Positions 1 through 8,991 of a DNA stretch of 27,823 nucleotides are shown here, piece after piece. The position numbers were made by a program, and so were the translations under genes. Every line of letters starts with the position of its first letter. The stretch's first letter is position 1. The stretch spans positions 1-27,823 of IMG/VR virus record IMGVR_UViG_3300025296_000094, one strand, 5' to 3'. Under the pieces are notes generated by a model, which did not search any database, had not been told where the DNA came from, and saw nothing but the letters and a program-made list of their open reading frames with translations. Origin of the DNA: a virus (Duplodnaviria > Caudoviricetes).

Positions 1-1
1 C

Positions 2-1342
2 TACGACCACCTGGTTGAATGGTTAGAGCAGAGTGCAGAATACCAGAGCCAGCATACTGCACCCCCAGAGGAGACCCCTGCTGTTTCGGCTCCGCTCCCC
101 CCCTTACAGGGACAACTTGGTGTGGACGGGATGGCCTTTCAAGATGACACCGGTAGGCGTGTGCCGTTGTTTTGTCATGCCGGAGATCTCCTCATGTTGT
201 TTGTGGAGGGGCGTACGCGAGAGGATGCCTCGATTGAATTTCGGGTGCATCAGGCGTTTGCTGATCTGCGCGATCACGGCTATGCAGGACTCCGGTCCTG
301 GTGGTCGATCCGCTGGAGTGGACAGCCCCATCGGTACTGGGGGGATCGACGACTGAATCCCTCTGATGACACCCATCGACGGCTCATTGCCGAGTGTCTA
401 CGGATTGGGTCAGAGGACTATGGGCTGCAATGGCATCTGGCGTTGGGGTCGGCTGAAGACGTACCGGCTCACCAGATGACCGAGGCGTGGCACTGGATGG
501 CTGAGGTGGTGGCCGCGCATCCGCAGTGGTTTGCCCTGATAGAGGGGCTGAACGAAGCCTATCACACAGGCGAGCCCAATCCAGACGTGGTAGAGAAGTG
601 GGTCAATATCTGCCGGAAGCGGAACCCCACCGTCCTCCATGCGCTGAGTGCCGCCGCTGGCGCTGGCGGGAGCGAGGAGAAGGACGAGCTGGCAAAGTGG
701 ACACCGGACTGGCAGCAAATCTATCTCGTCCATGCCAGCCGTGACAATAACTGGGGCGACCAAACCCGTCATGTGTTTTCCACGGGGTACAAGCGGGGAC
801 CACGTCGGCTGGGGTGGAGTGGTGAGCCGCCGGGGATGCGGTGGGGACCCCATCAGCGTGTCTCAGGGATGCCACAGGCCCATGAGTGGACGGATCGCCC
901 GTGGCGCTATGCGTTGTATCTCGCGGTCACTGCGATGTGCCGACAGATGCCGACCTTTATGTGTAGTCATGGCGTGTGGCTGGAAGGCCGTTTCCGTGAT
1001 GCCCCCGCCTTTGGATTGGCTCCTCGGCTCATTAGTGACCTGCCGTCTGATGTCATGGCCTATGACGAGATATTTCATGGGGGTGAGACCCATAAATCCC
1101 GGCGTGTAGTGGAGGCTCCCCTCCACTGTCGGGCTGATCACGTCAAGAAAGCCACAGGGGAGTGCGTGATTGCGATCTACCCTGAGCGTCCTGATATAAG
1201 CACAACTAATCTCCGCTTTGATCGGGACTGGACTGGGCGCATTCACGACGAACATGGCTATGTCGATACGGCTATTGCTCGAGGGACACACCTGTCCCGT
1301 GATATTTCCAGTGGGCTCTTGCTCGTTGGGCGAGTACTCTGA
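2..1342 (+). CDS. Putative virion-associated glycoside hydrolase (clan GH-A/GH5-like TIM barrel); 5'-truncated
   Basis: Frame is open from base 2 (YDHLVEWLEQSAEY...PPEETPAVSAPLPPLQGQLGVDG), so the GTG at 122 is probably not the start. LGVDGMAFQDDTGRRVPL resembles GH5 N-termini. WFALIEGLNEAY gives an NE acid/base-like motif (E at 554-556) and GWSGEP a candidate nucleophile (E at 824-826). The stop overlaps the next ATG (TGATG). Confidence 0.6.
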   Translation, partial: YDHLVEWLEQSAEYQSQHTAPPEETPAVSAPLPPLQGQLGVDGMAFQDDTGRRVPLFCHAGDLLMLFVEGRTREDASIEFRVHQAFADLRDHGYAGLRSWWSIRWSGQPHRYWGDRRLNPSDDTHRRLIAECLRIGSEDYGLQWHLALGSAEDVPAHQMTEAWHWMAEVVAAHPQWFALIEGLNEAYHTGEPNPDVVEKWVNICRKRNPTVLHALSAAAGAGGSEEKDELAKWTPDWQQIYLVHASRDNNWGDQTRHVFSTGYKRGPRRLGWSGEPPGMRWGPHQRVSGMPQAHEWTDRPWRYALYLAVTAMCRQMPTFMCSHGVWLEGRFRDAPAFGLAPRLISDLPSDVMAYDEIFHGGETHKSRRVVEAPLHCRADHVKKATGECVIAIYPERPDISTTNLRFDRDWTGRIHDEHGYVDTAIARGTHLSRDISSGLLLVGRVL

Positions 1343-3387
1343 TGCCCTATCCGATCCAGACACAAGTTTTCTCGGTGTTCATGGGGACCCAGGAGGGGAT
1401 TCATTCGGTGGCGCTGCCAGCGATTTACTCCTCCTCGGGCTCACGGAACCTCTGGATCGATAAACTGGGACGGGCTAAAAAGATTCTAGGGTATGCCAAG
1501 CAGAATACGTCAGCGGTCACCACGAATACAGGGGGGACAGCGACGTTAGTGCGTGCCCTCCGTGCCTATCGTCAGACTGGAGCCTCCTTTACGCGGCAAC
1601 TGGTGGGGGTTTTTGACGACGCCACGGATGAATATGAGTTGTGGTACAGCACCAATGACGGGACAAGCTGGACGTTCATCGCAGATCTTGGCAGTAGCTC
1701 GGTAGGGGCGATCCCGGATTTCGCGCAGGTAGGCAACACCCTGTTCTTTACCAATGGCGTAGTGGCTCCACGGGCGTGGAACGGGTCCAGTCTCTCCACA
1801 GCGGGCCCTGCTTCACAGTCCCCAACGCCTACTGCAGCGGTCAACACGGCAACAGGGCTGCTTGTTGGGGGCTACTCGTGGAAACTGGTTAGTGTTGATG
1901 GGGCTGAAGCCCGGTCAGCAGGATCCGTAACGTCCAATATTATCCAGCTCCAGAATGAACAGGCCAACCTCTCCTGGACAGCCGACAGCAACACAGATAT
2001 TACAGGCTATGAGCTGTACCGTACTACAGGTACCGGAGCCAACTTCTATTTTGTCACGTTCATTGATGGGCGCACGACGGCGAGTTATACCGACAACGCC
2101 TCAGATTTGGACATCCTTGAAAATCGCCTCTTACAGGAGCACGGAGATGCCCCACCCACCGGATCGTATTTCTGTGCACCCCACATGCAGCGCCTCTGGT
2201 GGGGACGTACCGACACCAATCCCCGCCGTGTCTTTTTCTCCGACCCTGACATTGCCGATCAAGTGGGGGCCTCGAACTACCTGGATTTTACAGATCAGAG
2301 CACCTTGGGGGACGTCCTCACCGGGATGGTGGGGGACTTCAACAACACGCTGGTCGTGTTCCTGGAACGCTCCGTCTGGACCGTGAGTGGGACCGGGCAG
2401 ATCGTTAGTGATGTCATGGACTGGGAACGCACCAAGACCAATGCTGTCATTGGGGCAGTGTCACAACAGTCCGTAATACAGGTTCCAGCTGGGGCGGTCT
2501 ATACCAATGCCTCCGGGGACCAGGTGACAGCCCCCCGTTCCATGTTGGGGTATTTTACCCCCCTTGGCGACATTCGACTGTTTGACGGGCAGAACGATAT
2601 TGTGATCTCTACTCCCGTCAAGGAAACCTTGAAGACCTTTCTCTATGCGCAAGGCAAGAAAGTGCATGCCTTGCATGACATTGAGAATGCGCATGTGGTG
2701 TGGTTCTGGCCAGGGCCGACCCCTGCGGGGGGACGGGCTGAATGCACACAAGCCGTGGTCTGGAACTATCGCTGGGGGGTGTGGTATGTGTGGCCTGATA
2801 TGCCCATGGCGGCTTCCACCATCGTAGACACAGCCAGTGATACGCAGGTACTTCTGACGGGCGAAGCCCAAACAACCAAAGGCGGCTTTTGTTATCAGTT
2901 CTTCAGTGGCGATAGCTTTGACGGGGACACTATCCCATCACGCTGGATGACGAAAGTGATTTACGGGACTGACAATTCCTGGAACTCACGGGAATCCCAG
3001 CAGCTGATGGCTTACGTGAAACGCTATCGGTGGTTGGATCTGATTGCCGAAGCTGATGCTGATGTCACGCTCACGATTGAATGGATGAGTGGGAGTGCCT
3101 CAGATGATGCCGTCAGTCGAGGGGCAGCCAGTAAGAGCCTGGAACCGATTGGCTTGCAGCTCATCACAGCTGACGGCAACGGGCTCGATACGGCTGATGG
3201 CAGTAATATCACGGTGCCGTATGATTCTGTGCAGAAGATTATCAATCTTGAAGGGACTAATGGGGATTACATTCAGGACGTGGGGTGCCGGATTCGTATC
3301 AGCGATGATGCAGCCAATGGCAGTTGGAGTCTGGAAGGCATGACCCTGGGATATCAGCTCTTACCAGGCGCGACACGGAGACTCTAA
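1342..3387 (+). CDS. Tail nozzle/hub (P22 gp10 stabilization protein or T7 tail tubular protein B-like), 681 aa
   Basis: N-terminal NLWIDKLGRAKKILGY pattern, beta-propeller-like segments (RLWWG, RVFFSD, LVVFLERSVW, WNYRWGVW), typical length and position upstream of GNAT and ejection genes. Confidence 0.8.
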   Translation: MPYPIQTQVFSVFMGTQEGIHSVALPAIYSSSGSRNLWIDKLGRAKKILGYAKQNTSAVTTNTGGTATLVRALRAYRQTGASFTRQLVGVFDDATDEYELWYSTNDGTSWTFIADLGSSSVGAIPDFAQVGNTLFFTNGVVAPRAWNGSSLSTAGPASQSPTPTAAVNTATGLLVGGYSWKLVSVDGAEARSAGSVTSNIIQLQNEQANLSWTADSNTDITGYELYRTTGTGANFYFVTFIDGRTTASYTDNASDLDILENRLLQEHGDAPPTGSYFCAPHMQRLWWGRTDTNPRRVFFSDPDIADQVGASNYLDFTDQSTLGDVLTGMVGDFNNTLVVFLERSVWTVSGTGQIVSDVMDWERTKTNAVIGAVSQQSVIQVPAGAVYTNASGDQVTAPRSMLGYFTPLGDIRLFDGQNDIVISTPVKETLKTFLYAQGKKVHALHDIENAHVVWFWPGPTPAGGRAECTQAVVWNYRWGVWYVWPDMPMAASTIVDTASDTQVLLTGEAQTTKGGFCYQFFSGDSFDGDTIPSRWMTKVIYGTDNSWNSRESQQLMAYVKRYRWLDLIAEADADVTLTIEWMSGSASDDAVSRGAASKSLEPIGLQLITADGNGLDTADGSNITVPYDSVQKIINLEGTNGDYIQDVGCRIRISDDAANGSWSLEGMTLGYQLLPGATRRL

Positions 3388-3860
3388 TGCCCGCCTCAGG
3401 CACCCGCCGGTTTCTGCCAACCCTGAACTATGCCCAGATTCGGGCAGAGGCAGGCACCTTCACGGAACGGGCGCTGCGTTCGTTGTATTTCGCCCTGATG
3501 GACGGGCGACGACGGACACAACATACGCGCAATACCTTAGAAGCAGCTGTGCAGATTGGCCCTGTACGGGATCAGCAGTTTGTAGCCCCGAGTCAGACTG
3601 TAGCGAATGCTGGGGTGCTCTTCCTCCCTGCCTATACGGGTGGGGTACTGGTTGTGCGCTCAACAAATGACGTAGGGCTGTTCTTACTGGATACCGGGAC
3701 AGTCACAGCCCTCCATGATCCCAATAGTGCCTTTGCTGTGGCAGTGGATACCTCCTCGAAGGTGAATCTGTATTGGTCTGCCAGTAATAGCCGATTCGAA
3801 CTGCAGAATAACAGTGGAGGCAGTCGGTTAATTGCCCTAACGTACTTGGGGGCTGCCTGA
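3387..3860 (+). CDS. Small tail-associated structural protein (157 aa), position of P22 gp26/tail-tip proteins
   Basis: ATG at 3387 overlaps the upstream TAA (TAATG), preferred over the track start at 3324. Helical N-terminus and beta-rich C-terminus (DTSSKVNLYW...ELQNNSGGSRLI) reminiscent of tail-fibre C-terminal domains. Confidence 0.65.
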   Translation: MPASGTRRFLPTLNYAQIRAEAGTFTERALRSLYFALMDGRRRTQHTRNTLEAAVQIGPVRDQQFVAPSQTVANAGVLFLPAYTGGVLVVRSTNDVGLFLLDTGTVTALHDPNSAFAVAVDTSSKVNLYWSASNSRFELQNNSGGSRLIALTYLGAA

Positions 3861-3875
3861 CCCACAGCGTATAAT
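3846..3875 (+). promoter_or_regulatory. Possible sigma70-type promoter upstream of the GNAT gene
   Basis: Perfect TATAAT at 3870-3875 in a short intergenic gap of a GC-rich region; weak -35 TTGGGG at 3846-3851 with an 18-nt spacer; GAGGA SD before ATG 3892. Confidence 0.4.
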
Positions 3876-3891
3876 CAATCCAGAGGACTCT

Positions 3892-4356
3892 ATGGCTGAA
3901 TGTACCCTGCGGGCGTTTACGCAAGCAGATGGCGATTGGCTGCGAGAGTGGTTTCAGACGGACGCACAAGGCCTGGGTCAATTTCTGGGCTTTGCCTTGG
4001 AGAATGAAGGAGCCTGTATTGCAGGATTCAACAGTCTTTTTTCGGGGTGTCAGCAGGGGACAGCCCAGTTCTGGATGATTGATCGGGGAGCAGATCCGAT
4101 CGGCTTTGTGGCCCTGACGGATGTGCCTGCGACCCTGGATGTAGGGCGGGTGCATATCTACATTGAGCCTGCACAACGACGCTATAGCCTCCGGGCTGCG
4201 CGTGCCGCTCAACAGACGATTACCGAATTAGGGTTCAAGCGGCTGGTAGCTACACAGGCACGGGACAATAAAGCAGCAGCCGCTTTGGCCAAGCGTGTGG
4301 GGTTTCTCCCACATCCTATGGTGGTGTTAGAGAAACAGTTACACCCGGAGGGTTAG
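3892..4356 (+). CDS. GNAT-fold (RimJ/RimL-like) acetyltransferase-like protein; positional analogue of P22 gp14/T7 gp13
   Basis: LRAFTQADGDWLREW start, PIGFVAL strand, IYIEPAQRR motif A, DNKAAAALAKRVGF motif B. Confidence 0.85.
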   Translation: MAECTLRAFTQADGDWLREWFQTDAQGLGQFLGFALENEGACIAGFNSLFSGCQQGTAQFWMIDRGADPIGFVALTDVPATLDVGRVHIYIEPAQRRYSLRAARAAQQTITELGFKRLVATQARDNKAAAALAKRVGFLPHPMVVLEKQLHPEG

Positions 4357-4360
4357 CGCA

Positions 4361-5317
4361 ATGGGCATGGAATCGGCGTATATTCCGTTGATTATGGGGG
4401 GCCTGGGGGCTTTGCAAGGAGGTCTGGGGGGTGGAGGAGACCAAGAGCCCTTCATGCTTGAACCCTATGGGGGATACCCTGGTGCGTTCCTTGATCCTCG
4501 CCGGATGCTGACACAGAACGTGCGGGATGTGGCTCATTTGGGGGCTGTGATGGGGGAACGGGCTGCAGCTCCTGTGTCACTCCCCAGTGCGTTTGTGCAG
4601 CCTACCCAGTGGTATGGCGGAGGGGGTCTTCCTTTTCCCATGGGACGTACGGCAATGGATCCGGCCCTGTTTGCCCCAGACCAGTATCAGACACGCCCAG
4701 GTGCGAAGTTTGCTGAACCAGAGTATGTAACCCATACAGTCGACGGGGAGGAGCGCACTGCCATGGCCCGCCCAGAGCGCTGGTTGTTTGGGGCAGATCA
4801 GCCTGTACCACGAGACGCCGACAATAATATTATTCCCCAGTTGGAGGGAGGTTATGCTCCCCGAGAGACAGGGGGCCATTTTGATGTGGGGGACACGCCC
4901 CTTGCAGGAGGGGCAGCCAAGCGTACGCTCGAATCCATGCGCCCCCAGGGACCAGCGAGATGGGCTGCCTTGGATCAGGGCCCTACCACCCCTGCCCCTA
5001 CTGTAGGAGGGGGCGTCCCACGATTGATGGCGAATCTGGAATTGATGGGGGTGACTACTGATCCCAACACAGGGGGGTTGGTCAATCAGGGACCAGACGA
5101 GATTGGGAACCTGGCACTCTTTACGGGAAGTGGCAACGTGAAGCGTCGCTATCCTGGAGGGCCAGCACCAGGTACGATTCAGACCCCGACCTGGGCTCCA
5201 GCAGGGGGTGACCTTGGGGCACCCTTACCCATTCCCGAGGGTACTGCACGCCCGAACCCTGGCACGTTTGGGTGGCCGACTTCCATGTTGAAGCAGCCAC
5301 CAGCACGGATTACCTAG
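4361..5317 (+). CDS. Putative internal virion/DNA-ejection protein (318 aa)
   Basis: Hydrophobic Gly-rich N-terminus (IPLIMGGLGALQGGLGGGG) typical of the first ejection protein after the GNAT gene; Pro/Gly-rich. Confidence 0.65.
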   Translation: MGMESAYIPLIMGGLGALQGGLGGGGDQEPFMLEPYGGYPGAFLDPRRMLTQNVRDVAHLGAVMGERAAAPVSLPSAFVQPTQWYGGGGLPFPMGRTAMDPALFAPDQYQTRPGAKFAEPEYVTHTVDGEERTAMARPERWLFGADQPVPRDADNNIIPQLEGGYAPRETGGHFDVGDTPLAGGAAKRTLESMRPQGPARWAALDQGPTTPAPTVGGGVPRLMANLELMGVTTDPNTGGLVNQGPDEIGNLALFTGSGNVKRRYPGGPAPGTIQTPTWAPAGGDLGAPLPIPEGTARPNPGTFGWPTSMLKQPPARIT

Positions 5318-5347
5318 GAGCGGTTCTTGTAGAGGAGGGATATAGAT

Positions 5348-7084
5348 ATGGCACGTACTCCAGGCATGGGGGGAGCAGGCCCAACAGGGTTTGAAGACTA
5401 CCCGGACTGGGAAGGCTATGCGGATGCGTGGCCTGGGACTGCAGCCACAGATCCTACCGGGATCCCTCCAGCCATTTCGTCTGACTGGACAACGCATTTT
5501 CGTCCCGGTGATATCCCTGGGGCCTACGACCAGTATCAGGACTGGGCACAGGCACAGGGACAAGACCCGCTCCCAATCGACCGGTTCAACGACTTACAGT
5601 ATCAGCAGGGCGTTGGTGCGATTCCTGACGCACCTCCCGGTGACCCGGCGGCTCTTGCGAGCCAAGGCTATGGGCTGCAGTTTGATCCACTGTCTACGGC
5701 GAACACCGGCTGGAATCTGAACTACGACATTCTCAATCCACAAGGACAGCGGACGGGGTTTGACCTGTCCTCGACGGGTCCCTATGAACACTTCCCGTGG
5801 GTGCCAGGTGGGGCAGCCTATGCAGGCGGTGGTGGTGGTGGAGGTGGCGGTGGTGTGACTGATTTAGGTATACCGGGTGCAGGTCCCAAGGACAGTCCGG
5901 GAGACTTCGTGGATGATGAGATCGACTCCCCCGTTGAAGGGGGTGTGCGCACGGTTGATACTGGGATTCCTGACCCCCAGTTTGGGGATGTGCGTGACGC
6001 ACCTGCGATTACAGACTACCCCTTTGCTGTCCCAGAACAGCAACTGATCGGGATGACACAGGTGGGGGATGACCCCATCTCTGAACTCATGAACGCCACC
6101 CTGACGTCCCTAGCCACCGCAGGGGGTGTAGCTCCTACAGGCTATACCGGTCAGACCCAACAGGCGTTGTCGTCTATCCTGGAGGCGGGCGGGCAAGGGG
6201 CTGAGATTCCTGGGCAGTTGGGGTGGGAGGCACAGAATCAGCTCTCCCATTTGATGGGTCAACAAGGACAGAGTGCTGCTCTTGAAACGCCACTGGGACA
6301 AAATGTGCAGCAGCAGCTCGAAGAGCTCCTGGCTAATGCGGGCCAGCTGCCAGCTGACGCACAACGTCGAGCCATGGAAATGGAAACCCTGCGTGATCCG
6401 ATCGAAGCGTTCCGTCAGGCCCAACTGTCCCAAGGACAGGCTGAATTGGCACGTCGAGGGTTGATGGGGCAGGGTCCAGAGGGGGCTTTCATGGAAGGGC
6501 TTGAAGAACGACTAGCCCCTATGTATGCCCAGGCTGGCCGGGACATTGCGTTGTCTGATGCGGCACGCCAAGAGAAACGCTATGCCGATGCGTTGGTTAC
6601 AGCGCAGGCCATGAGCCAACAACAGGCGCAGCGTCGAGAGGATCTCTACCAGCAGGTGCTTGATCGAGCCGTCGCGCAGGGAGATACAGCTGCCCTACGG
6701 CGCGAAGATCGCTTAGCCAATACCCTCCAACTGGCTTCGGGGATGACACAAGAGCAGAGTCGCAATCTATTGGCTACTGCCCAAACATGGACAGAGCGTC
6801 AGCGGATGCTTTCTGATGTGGTACAAAAAGCGCTAGATCAGGACTTCTTGTGGAATAAGTTCCTGGCCGAGTATGGGTTGGAGCGCGACCAAGCAATAGA
6901 GATGATTCAGAGTGGACGGTTGAATGCGATTTTGCCTGTGCTTCAACAGTTCCTGACCCAAATTGGGGTGGCAGCTGAGGGCTTTGTGCCATATTACGAT
7001 GAGGATGCTGAGGGTGTGCGTGGTCAGGGTCGCACGGCTTATACCCAAGCAATTCAGCAGCAACAAGGAGGGGGAAGGAACTAA
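5348..7084 (+). CDS. Putative DNA-ejection/pilot protein (578 aa) with Gln/Ala-rich helical repeats
   Basis: GGAGG SD; acidic Pro/Gly N-half, Gly10 linker, Gln-rich coiled-coil C-half containing ELARRGLMG and 22-aa repeats. Confidence 0.7.
   Translation: MARTPGMGGAGPTGFEDYPDWEGYADAWPGTAATDPTGIPPAISSDWTTHFRPGDIPGAYDQYQDWAQAQGQDPLPIDRFNDLQYQQGVGAIPDAPPGDPAALASQGYGLQFDPLSTANTGWNLNYDILNPQGQRTGFDLSSTGPYEHFPWVPGGAAYAGGGGGGGGGGVTDLGIPGAGPKDSPGDFVDDEIDSPVEGGVRTVDTGIPDPQFGDVRDAPAITDYPFAVPEQQLIGMTQVGDDPISELMNATLTSLATAGGVAPTGYTGQTQQALSSILEAGGQGAEIPGQLGWEAQNQLSHLMGQQGQSAALETPLGQNVQQQLEELLANAGQLPADAQRRAMEMETLRDPIEAFRQAQLSQGQAELARRGLMGQGPEGAFMEGLEERLAPMYAQAGRDIALSDAARQEKRYADALVTAQAMSQQQAQRREDLYQQVLDRAVAQGDTAALRREDRLANTLQLASGMTQEQSRNLLATAQTWTERQRMLSDVVQKALDQDFLWNKFLAEYGLERDQAIEMIQSGRLNAILPVLQQFLTQIGVAAEGFVPYYDEDAEGVRGQGRTAYTQAIQQQQGGGRN
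5825..5854 (+). repeat. GGN repeat encoding a Gly10 linker
   Basis: ggc ggt ggt ggt ggt gga ggt ggc ggt ggt, in frame with the 578-aa ORF. Confidence 0.9.
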
Positions 7085-7392
7085 TGCCTATTGGACCTCG
7101 AGGTGAACCCTTACCGTATAACGGGGAGTCAGACCCCAAGCCAGTACAGCGGCGTCAGGCAGGAGGACGCCCGCCCAAGCGCAGGATTCCAGCAGCATCT
7201 GGGGGACTAGGCCCAATTGCTGGTGCCCAGAGTGCCCTCCACGAGCCAGCGCAGATTGGGCCAGAGTGGCCAGCCGCGAATCCCATGGGACTGGGGGCGT
7301 ATGGAGCCATGGGGGGTGTGCCAGGTGTAGGGATGGACGGTGCTGTTGATCCGCGTGCGGTCATGAACACCCCACGCCGGAGGCTCGTCTAA
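7084..7392 (+). CDS. Hypothetical Pro/Gly/Arg-rich protein (102 aa), likely virion-internal
   Basis: TAATG overlaps at both ends; purine-rich GGAGG/AAGGA upstream. Confidence 0.65.
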   Translation: MPIGPRGEPLPYNGESDPKPVQRRQAGGRPPKRRIPAASGGLGPIAGAQSALHEPAQIGPEWPAANPMGLGAYGAMGGVPGVGMDGAVDPRAVMNTPRRRLV

Positions 7393-7682
7393 TGCCTGGG
7401 TGGAAAGATGCGCTTGTGGGATTCGGAGGGGGTGTCGGACAGGGGTTGATGTTTAATCAGATGAAGGGGATGTTCGGAGATACACCCCCCGCGGAGCAGG
7501 GAGGGCTCGCTGCTTCTCAACTCCTAGGGCTGCAACGTCCTAAGCAATTGAGTCCAGTTGCTGGCGTCTGTGCGCAATTTGGCGGTGAACTCCAGCTTGA
7601 TGGACGGTGCCTGCTCCCCAATGGGGAAGAAGTGGATCTGTTTCAAGGCCAGGGTACAGAGGTACGCCGCCCCAAACCCTAG
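7392..7682 (+). CDS. Hypothetical protein (96 aa): Gly-rich hydrophobic N-terminus and DUF333-like two-Cys motif
   Basis: TAATG coupling with GGAGG SD; ALVGFGGGVGQG; SPVAGVCAQFGGELQLDGRCLLPNGEEVDLF. Confidence 0.65.
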   Translation: MPGWKDALVGFGGGVGQGLMFNQMKGMFGDTPPAEQGGLAASQLLGLQRPKQLSPVAGVCAQFGGELQLDGRCLLPNGEEVDLFQGQGTEVRRPKP

Positions 7683-7691
7683 GAATCTCTT

Positions 7692-8978
7692 ATGGCTATT
7701 CAACGTAGGCGCTCATATGCTCGTCGCCCTCAAGCCGAGTCGCAATCAGCGAAAAGTCTTGAAACGATGATGAACCAGATTTGGCCTATGCTCCTCATGG
7801 GGATGCAGTATCGGCAGCGGGCAGGGGAGACGGCAGCGGGGCGTGCCCATAGTGCAGACGAAGCCCGCAAAAGCCGCCTGTTCCAGGCACAACAGGCCCA
7901 GCAACGCCAAGATTGGGCGCAGGCAGAACGGGATGAAGCGCTTGCGCAACGGGCACGGGAATATGCGGGCGGGCAGATTGGCCCCACGACGGGTCCAGAT
8001 GAGTTGGCCAGTATCACCACCCAGGCAGCACAACGGTTTCCTGGTGCGGATATTGGAGAGCTTTCGATGCTGCCTCAACGGGAGCGGGTCCAAGCGGCAC
8101 TTGGACAGGTGGCTGGTATCGGTGGGGGTGAGGCATCAGATCCTGGGTATCTTCCGAGTGTAGCGTCTAAGTACCATTTGGGGCCCTTGCAGGAGATAGT
8201 TGAACCCCAGCACGGACCGATACGCCCACCAGAGGTTACACAGGCTCTTGGACGACCTCCTGATGCTTTACTTTCTACTGAAAGAGAAACGTGGGAAACG
8301 CCTGCAGGTACAGCTTTAAGGGATGCGATGGAAGGCCGCCGAGCCGCTTTGATAGGGGAAATGGATTACGATGCGCAGCGGGCAGGACTAACAGCTGAAG
8401 CGACGGCGCAAGGCCAACTGCCTTCTGCCCTGATCAGGCAGGCGGATCAAGCGCGTCACGGCCTCGGTGCACAAGCGCATGCCGCCGAGCTTGCTGAGCA
8501 GACGCAGGCTCGGACGCCAACAGAGGTTGAATACACGGGTGTTGGTATTCCTTATCCTGGGGGGCAGGATGTTTACTTAAAAACAGGCGACCAATATCAA
8601 CTGGTACACCTCCATCAAAATTGGACTGGCAGTCTGTTGATGCTTCCAGAGCAGATGCCAGGCCCAGCTGATCCTGAAACCGGAATACGACCTTCCCTTT
8701 CTGTGGTTACAGCGATTCGCCCTGAAGGGGACCCGCTGACGCCTGAACAGGCAGGGTTACATGAAAAGATGATCGCTGGCTACCCTGATAGATTCTCAAT
8801 GCCCTCACCAGTTACAGGGAGCGCTGCTGAGCAGGCCATTACTGCTGCACAAAATGAGGAGGCCCTGCGGATACTTGAGGACGCCCAGGCGCTTGACTTC
8901 TTCCAGCCGTCTCCTGCACCTGTGGGAGGCGTTCAGCGCCGTCAGTTGTTTCCTTCCATAGACAGACCCCGGCGATAG
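7692..8978 (+). CDS. Putative internal virion/ejection protein (428 aa)
   Basis: AGGA SD; Ala/Gln/Arg-rich helical composition; lies directly before the giant ejection protein. Confidence 0.7.
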   Translation: MAIQRRRSYARRPQAESQSAKSLETMMNQIWPMLLMGMQYRQRAGETAAGRAHSADEARKSRLFQAQQAQQRQDWAQAERDEALAQRAREYAGGQIGPTTGPDELASITTQAAQRFPGADIGELSMLPQRERVQAALGQVAGIGGGEASDPGYLPSVASKYHLGPLQEIVEPQHGPIRPPEVTQALGRPPDALLSTERETWETPAGTALRDAMEGRRAALIGEMDYDAQRAGLTAEATAQGQLPSALIRQADQARHGLGAQAHAAELAEQTQARTPTEVEYTGVGIPYPGGQDVYLKTGDQYQLVHLHQNWTGSLLMLPEQMPGPADPETGIRPSLSVVTAIRPEGDPLTPEQAGLHEKMIAGYPDRFSMPSPVTGSAAEQAITAAQNEEALRILEDAQALDFFQPSPAPVGGVQRRQLFPSIDRPRR

Positions 8979-8991
8979 GACGACCATCCCA

